Assembly (NCBI GenBank): GCA_951406725.2
Contig: OX597833.1
Location: forward strand, 25,172,001-25,236,000
DNA length: 64,000 bases
Source of the DNA: Octopus vulgaris
Taxonomy: Eukaryota
Direction of reading: 5' to 3'
The notes beneath the pieces were generated by a model. The model searched no databases and was not told where the DNA came from. It saw only the letters and a list, made by a program, of their open reading frames with translations. Shown here piece by piece: positions 55,740 to 64,000 of the stretch. The translations under genes were made by a program, and so were the position numbers. Numbering within the stretch: position 1 is the stretch's first letter; every line of letters begins with the position of its first letter.

Positions 55740-56000
55740 CCTCAGTTCCCTTGCTGTTCTGCGCGTTTTCCCATCGGTATTGCAGTGCTTTAATGCCATT
55801 GATGAAGCCTTACCTTGTTGGTCAAAAATGTTATTAACAGAAGATATGACGTCAACATTAGTGCGATATTGTTTCCCATACAGGTGCTTTTTCCCTGTTG
55901 GGAAACAGAAGATAGTTAGACGGGGTCAAATCAAGGAAATAGGGAAGATGGTCAACCAGATCAAAGTCACGGTCACATACAGTAGCCACTGAAAGCAAGG
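55740..56000 (-). pseudogene. mariner transposase C-terminal fragment
   Basis: LVDHLPYFLDLTPSNYLLFPN..KKHLYGKQY..GIKALQYRW (cf. HPPYSPDLAPSDYHLF). Confidence 0.8.
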
Positions 56001-58799
56001 AGTTGTGAGCTGGAGCATTGGCTCAAATTGATGAACCCAAGTCTAATTCATCTGAATTGAGCCTAGAGCTCTGTTCAAAGCAGTCAGGTGGGATGACTCC
56101 ATTTCACTTGAGACACACCGAAAGATCATCGCAGTTGGTTTGTAGACAAGAAATTAATTGTTCTGGGTGTTGTGCAACTGATCCTGGCAGAAATTCTTTT
56201 CATCTAACAAGAGATCCCGATCATCTCTGGTTCAACAGCATTTGGTTAGCTAATGCGAATCCTCATGATACAGGTAACTCTTTCCCAATATTCAGTTGGC
56301 TTTCCCACCTCCATAACAGCTAACTTTTTCTTAATAACAAATTTAATGTTTATGCTCTTCAAAGCTGTTGACAATTTACCAATGCATCAAGCTGTTCCTG
56401 AAAAAAAGGAGATATAAAATTTCAAATTTAGCCAGAGCACTGTATTTTAAATATATTTATTGTGACTTTGAATTATCACCTGAAACAACCTCCTCAAACA
56501 ATATCCGAAGGAATATGCGTCTATGTTTACAAAGTTATGTTAGAGGGAGAAGAAATATGCCAAATAACTGATGAAGAAGAAATTCCATAGGTATGGATGT
56601 GAGATGATTAATTAGGGTGACCGAAGAGGAAAGAGTGAATCGAAGAAGAGACCAAAGTAATTAAACTTCGTAGATGTTGAATGGGGGCTGAGGTGGTCAT
56701 AGGTGATGAACTAGGATTGTTGGTGGGGTTACTGTATTAGTGGGAATTAAATTATAGAACGAGAAAAGTTGTTAATTTATAATTTTCAAAATGACTTTGT
56801 GACTAAGTATGGTACACTTGTGTATACATCTAAGCTAAGTATCGATTATCATAAATCAATTTAGTAGTACATGATGAGTAAAGGTTTATAGTTTTCAATC
56901 TATAATAATAATATATTTCAGTTAATCCGAACCGTAAAAAAGTGAGTGAGTTTTAAAGTAATAAGTAAAATCAAATGAATTGGGTATCAATAAGCACGAC
57001 TTGTTCCCTCACAAAATATAATCCATGAAAAGGTCGTGTTGAGGGAGAAATTTCTCGGTTGACACCGAAATAACACACTGTGTTTTGAATTAAGTCCTTA
57101 GATTCTCAATATTATTATAAAGACTTGTAGTTAATATCTCCAGAATAAGTCGATTCTGGTAACTTAGCATTACAACCACTTACGGAGTATAAACTCTTCT
57201 CTAATATGCTTCAACTCAGAAAACTACGTGGTTGTGTGTTAAGAAGCTTGCTTCCCTATCACATGGCTCCGTGTTCAATCCCTCTGCGTGTCACCTAGGG
57301 CAAATCTTCTCACTAATCACGGTAAAACTCACGTTAAAAAGTAATTTGATCGACGTACCTAATTTAACACAACTAACTTCATGCTTAAGTAGTATTGACA
57401 TTAGACATTCTCTAAGATTGGCAGAACCATTAGAACGTCGGACAAAATGCCTTGACCTATTTGTTCCGGCTCTTTACCCTATGAGATCAAATACCAATGG
57501 GGTCAATGTTTATTCTTCCAGGATCCATAAAACAAAATCTCAGTCTAGTACTGGAGACGTTCTAATCGACTATTCTTCTCTTATCAAGATTCTGGCTTTA
57601 TGCCTATGTTAGACTCCATTATTACAAATCCACATTATGTTTATTCCGCTTTAAGTTATTAATTTTTTCTAATATTTCAAATCTCAGCATTTTCTCACGG
57701 TTTAATACATCGGATTATAGTTTTCCATTGAAAAATTATATATACGTATTTATATATATATTATCAGTAAAAGTATTGCAAAAATATACATCAAATTATA
57801 TTTTCCTTTATAAAAATATTAATATATGATATAAACTTTACCTATAATATAAATCTATAATCGTGGAAATCAATATTTACCCAAGATTGCACATAATTAT
57901 GTCGTATTTAACAACAAGGTAATTATATTAATGATAAACTCACAAGAACTAGAATTTTCTGATCGATGCTAACCATTAAAATATCTGTATCACCAACATA
58001 ACCTATTCCCGTCTATCGTAAGTAACCCCCACCTCAAAACGTTCACTTTAAACATTACTATTACTTGCCTCTTTTGCGTTTTTAAGCTCCTTCTCTCTAT
58101 ATTTTAGCCGAAATAACAATCTTGCTACCATATTTACGTCATGAAACGTTTAGCACTTTCCATCTAATAAATATTTGTAAATGTAATTTTATATTCCTTG
58201 AAGTATATTTTCAGAAAACTGTTTCTTATGAATATTCTTTTTGTAGTTAGTGTCATTAATTTAATATATATTCAGCTCTTCGAAAATAATTAAACCCTTC
58301 TCCAGTTTATGTCTTAAGGTTCTTCTTATATTTTTATATAAGTTATAAACTGTATCACTCTATGTATCTTTATCTCTCTCTTTCTCTGTATATATATCTG
58401 TATGTGTACTTATTTGCATATGTGTGTAGTTATATACATATATATATATATTCTCTCGTCCTCGAGAGCTCCAACTATGCTGTGAAAATTCATTATATAT
58501 TCAGAATATATTTCTTGCCTGTTTGTGAACTAACAAGATTACACTACTGAATTTACTTAATAAAATGTGCATATTATCATCAAATATACATGGCTTCACA
58601 ACAAATCATATATATATATATATATATATATAAAAATGTACACAATTTATATATAAAATGTGCAAAATTGAAAGTAGAAAGACCTTAACAAACTTGTCGA
58701 ACTTATAATACTCTCAAATTTCGATTTTATTTGGTTTTGGTTGCCTTAATCTTTGGATATGTAAATATTTTTGTTTATTCTTTGTGTATTTTATTCTTC

Positions 58800-58980
58800 T
58801 CGACTTTCGACACAAAGCCCCAAATTTTGGGAGAGGGGGACAGTCGATTAGATCGACCTCAGTACGCAGCTAGTACTTAATTTATCGACCCCGAAATAAT
58901 GAAAGGCAAAGTCGACCTCGGCGGAATTTGAACTCAGATCCTAAAGACGGGCGAAATAATGGGCGAAAGACGGGCGAAAT
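58800..58980 (-). mobile_element. SINE family B
   Basis: Reverse complement of family B. Confidence 0.85.
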
Positions 58981-59095
58981 AACAATCTTACAATCGAACA
59001 ACCTAACCAGTAAGCCACGCCGATATATGAAAGTATTTCCCTCGATTAAAAACATAGGATGAGACAAGAAAACAGACTGAACTTGTACACCTTAC

Positions 59096-59226
59096 ATCTG
59101 TCTATATGTCATGCGACAATACATGCGACATATTGACAGACCTATTGCCACAAGAGGCACTGCCTGAGACGTTGACGCTTGGCGTAGTAGCTTTAGGTGG
59201 TGAGCAATTAGGAAACAAGGAATAAT
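59096..59226 (-). CDS. candidate internal exon (IIPCFLIAHHLKLLRQASTSQAVPLVAIGLSICRMYCRMTYRQx)
   Basis: Donor AT|GTAAGG; only one frame open to the donor; acceptor is catcAG or a downstream in-frame AAG; phase-2 end fits the 29379-29492 exon. Confidence 0.5.
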
Positions 59227-59866
59227 CTGATGTCACGTGAGGAGGCATAGATATAAAGGGCCTCATGTTTCCCGAAGCAGTTCCAGAGCTGTACTCGAAT
59301 GCGAAGAGCACAGTGATACATTTAGTGGTATGAGAAGAAAGGCTGTTATATGTGTGCGAGCATATACGTACTTAAGTGATTTTTATTCAAAGAAACTGCA
59401 AATGCATAAATGGAGAAAACTGAAAAAAGCGGATTTTAGAATGTGCACCTCGTCTTCAGTGTCAAGAGCCAAGTATCGTGGTTTCTGTCCCGCAACGCAA
59501 ATCACTGTTATAATTTCGTCATTACGGGAAGATGGAGAGGTGATGATCGAGTGAAAGAGTGTTTGATACAAAAAAAAAAAAAAATTCTGTCGCCAATGTC
59601 AATCCATTTAAAATTCAAAGGAGAGACCAACTTAGAATTGAATGAAACTCACGGCACTTCCAATAATCAGACCATTACTGATGAAAGATATTAGGAACGC
59701 TAGGAAGGCAATAGAAGACTAAGCAGAAAATGTTCCACCCTATGGAATATACAAGCGATAAACTTATAAAAAGAATAACATGAAAAGTCTAAAAACAGCT
59801 GTAATTTGGAGAAAATTTTGCGGTGATGTTAAAATAAGTTGGTTAATATCCTCTGCGCCTTGCTCA

Positions 59867-60458
59867 AGGCGGCGAGCTGGCAGAAACGTTAGCACGCCGG
59901 GCGAAACGCTTAGCCGTATTTCGTATGCCGTTACGTTCTGAGTTCAAATTCCGCCGAGGTCGACTTTGCCTTTCATCATTTCGGGGTCGATAAATTAAGT
60001 ACCAGTTACGCACTGGGATCGATGTAATCGATTTAATCCGTTTGTCTGTCTTTGTTTGTCCTCTCTGTGTTTAGCCCCTTGTGGGTAGTAAAGAAATGGG
60101 TATTTCATTTGCCATTACGTTCTGAGTTCAAATTCCGCTGAGGTCGACTTTGCCTTTCATCCTTTCATCCTTTCAGGGTCGATTAAATAAGTACCAGTTA
60201 CGCACTGGGGCCGATCTAATCGACTTAATCCGTTTGTCTGTCATTGTTTGTCCTCTCTGTGTTTAGCCCCTTGCGGGTAGTAAAGAAATAGGTAATTCGT
60301 CTGTCTTTACGTTCTGAGTTCAAATTCCACCGAGGGCGACTTTGCCTTTCATCATTTCGGGTTCGATAGATTAAGTATCTGTTGCATACTGGAGTCGATC
60401 TAATCGACTGGTCCTCCCCTCAAAAATTTCGAGTCTTCTGCCTCGAGTAGAAAAGAAT
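59867..60458 (+). mobile_element. SINE family B with triplicated central domain
   Basis: One head (ggcggcgagctggcagaaacgttagc), then three units of about 185 bp starting ttacgttctgagttcaaattcc. Confidence 0.9.
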
Positions 60459-60929
60459 ATCATCAGTACCCTGATCAAATCTAGAAGACGCCATCTCACC
60501 AACGTGTGCGTAGATTGCCCTGTTTATTTAGTTTTGTTCATATTTGTCATGTTTTATTAATATTTCTGTATTTGTATGCACATTTACTTACGTATTTAAA
60601 TTTAAACAAATATTAACGTCCCAATATATCGTAAAATATCTATTGTCAGTATATACCTACGTATATCCCTACATCGCGTTGTAAACACCCAACTGCATGC
60701 AAAATGGGATCTGGTCTCAAATTAACGGCATGAATGGTGAGCTGTCTAAATCGTTATCACAAGAAAAATCTTAGAACCATTTCTTCCGCTTCTTTATCTT
60801 ATAGATTCAAACAATGGGGACGTCGATTTTGCCTTTCAGACTTCGGGTTCAATAAAACAAACTACCAGTCAAGTACTTACTGAGGGTTTGTATCTTTACG
60901 TAACCTACCCACCCACCAAAAAATATATA

Positions 60930-61272
60930 TGCGTGGTACCTTGGGCAAGTGTCTTCTAATATTGCCTTGGGCCGACCAAAGCCTTGTGAGTGGATTTGGC
61001 AGACGGAAACTGAAAGTAGCTAGTCGTGTATATGTATATATATGTATGTGTGTGTATATGTTTGTGTGTCTGTGTTTGTCACCCCAACATCGCTTGACAA
61101 CCGATGCTAGTGTGTTTACGTCACCGTAACTTAGCGGTTCGGCAAAAGAAACCGACAGAATATATACTAGGCTTAAAAAACAATAAGTCCTGGGGTCGAT
61201 CTCTTCATCTAAAGGCGGTGCTTCAGCATGGCCACAGTCAAATGACTGAAACAAGTAAAAGAGTAAAAGAGT
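60930..61272 (+). mobile_element. SINE family A
   Basis: Family A consensus. Confidence 0.9.
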
Positions 61273-61307
61273 ATATATACATATATGTCAGACCATTGTG
61301 TCTAAAC

Positions 61308-61340
<33 letters not shown>

Positions 61341-61789
61341 CATCATCATCATCATCATCATCATCATTATCATCTTCCAATGTTGTTTCCATTTCTTGCT
61401 GTGAGTCTTCCTGACACCTAGGGCAGAAAAACTCATTGTATATATTGGTAAGCCATCAAAATAAAGACGCCAGATTGTTAATTTACAGACACGTGATAGA
61501 AAAAGGGAAAGGAAGACAAAGAGGAAAAGGAAAAAGAGAATAAAATGAATTAAACCAAGAAAATGAAGGCTCCGCCGGTTAAGTTTAAGCAACTGACAAG
61601 CAGATCTGTGGTATTGAGTAGAGTATTAGCTGTCGGCCATCTTTTACACCAAGACAAAACAATGTACATGATAACACTTCTAATGAGATGGTATGAGTTT
61701 TGGTGCCACTACTTCTGCTCGTGATCAGAGATGCACATATCGCCAGCCAGTAAGGCACATGCTCAACTAGTTAAAAAACACATTATTTT

Positions 61790-62280
<491 letters not shown>

Positions 62281-62830
62281 TTTCTTTTACTGATATCATT
62301 TTCGTTAATGTTGCAGCAAAGTTATTATGGGTATGTTTACGATAGCGTTGTTAATGCTGTAAGTGTTGTTGTTTTGGATAGCGTTGATATTCATGATGTT
62401 GTTAATAATGCCGCTGATGGTGATAATGTTGCTCATCAGAGAAGGATGATGATGCAAATGACAATGGTCGTATTTTTGCTGATTATATTATATAATCTTT
62501 GCTGAATAACAGCAAAGATTATGAGCATGCGCAGATTGAATGATGATGATGACGATAATGATGACAATGAAGAAGACGATGAAGATGGTGATAATGTTGT
62601 TAGTGTTGATGATGATGATGATTGTTAGCTATTTTTAACAAATTACGCAACCAAACAATGTTAATAGGATGGGAAAAATAAACCACAAATACGTAACAGA
62701 ATAGATTCGCTTGAACATTATTGATTGATTTTCGTTCGAAATTTTATATTCAAAATTTCTCACATGAACACATCGATTGACGTGACTTTTTATATGCAGG
62801 CATATACACTACATGTGTACAACTCATACA

Positions 62831-62866
<36 letters not shown>

Positions 62867-63142
62867 ACGTGCGTACACACATACATACATGCATGCCTAC
62901 CTTCATACGTATGCACATATATATGCGTATATATATGCATATGAGCTGATCTACAGATGCACACATGCGTCCACACATACGTACACAAGTACATTTATAA
63001 ACATATGTGCATGCTTGCATACATAATGCCTACCTACCTGCCTACCTATCTATCTACCTACCTACCTACCTACCTACCTACCTACCTACCTACCTACCTA
63101 CCTACCTACCTACATACATACATACATACATACATACATACA

Positions 63143-63176
<34 letters not shown>

Positions 63177-63748
63177 CATACATACATGAATACATACATG
63201 CATACCTGAATACATACATAAAACATTTTAATGAAAATAGTCACGTCAGCATAAGGAACTATTCATCCGTTCGTGAGATGAATATTAACCTCTAAAACGT
63301 CTGCTATTAATGCTTACCTTGTAGAAAAATGAACCTTTTGAATATTTTTGATAAATGCAAAGGGGCTTTTATTTTTAGCTAATATCCTAGCAGTAATCGT
63401 AAATTGAAATAAATCTGATAAATAACGCGTCGATTACTACTACGTATATATCACGACAAGATTGGAAACCTGGGTCAGCTGCATCGTGTTAAAGAACTAG
63501 CAAATAAAACTCCAGTGGATTTCATAATGCATCAGAACATATACTAATTCTACAAAGTAAAAATTTTCCTTTTTATTATATGCAGGGAATGAAAGACCTC
63601 ATAGACGGTCTAAATTCTCAGTAACTCACATTTGTGTGGGAAGCAATTGCGCCAGGAAACTATGTACTCTGAGAAGAAATATGCATAATCAACGAGGAAA
63701 AGAGTATAGCAATGAAAGGTGATAGTAGTCTATATCGGTGGTATTTAC

Positions 63749-63800
63749 CTAGGATCATATAAAAATGACTTCAGAATACAAAGAATTAAAACACAGCTCA
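63749..63800 (-). other. weak candidate exon (xSCVLILCILKSFLYDPx)
   Basis: ttaaatcttgcAG acceptor and AG|GTAAAT donor; its phase does not join the 59096 exon directly. Confidence 0.2.
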
Positions 63801-64000
63801 CTGCAAGATTTAAGTAGAATTTTATTGTCTACATAGCTAAATATAGCGCACATCGAGGGAAAATATACTGATTTATATCCGAGATCATCAATATGTTGAA
63901 AAGCATGTAGCCCAATATAAAAGCGTTCAGCTATTGGACATTGTCTGTCCTGTGGTATTGTTTTGCAGATATTTGCCCACAAATGGTAGTATCAGAGACC

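Overview
AT-rich, microsatellite-dense eukaryotic DNA. The SINE families look like those of a coleoid cephalopod (octopus); this is an inference and was not checked against a database. Most ORFs in the track are translations of microsatellites. Recognisable content: (1) decayed autonomous elements, namely two Penelope-like retroelements (one nearly full length with RT plus GIY-YIG endonuclease), R4/Dong-type RLE LINE fragments, a Tx1-like 3' end, Tc1 and mariner pseudogenes, and a Helitron Rep fragment; (2) many tRNA-derived SINEs and non-autonomous Helitrons, one set nested; (3) four phase-compatible candidate exons of a minus-strand membrane-protein gene spanning about 57 kb (identity unresolved). 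The main signal is a set of about ten apparently distinct, mostly non-coding elements carrying type I hammerhead ribozyme (HHR) motifs, intact or degenerate, most built as fold-back (inverted) structures and several sitting in (TA)n tracts. Two are young tandem arrays with one HHR per monomer (490 nt and 556 nt, 29.8-34.2 kb), consistent with retrozyme or Penelope-dependent circRNA-producing elements. One appears to be a tRNA-head/HHR-tail chimera. No CRISPR, rRNA or bona fide tRNA genes were seen.
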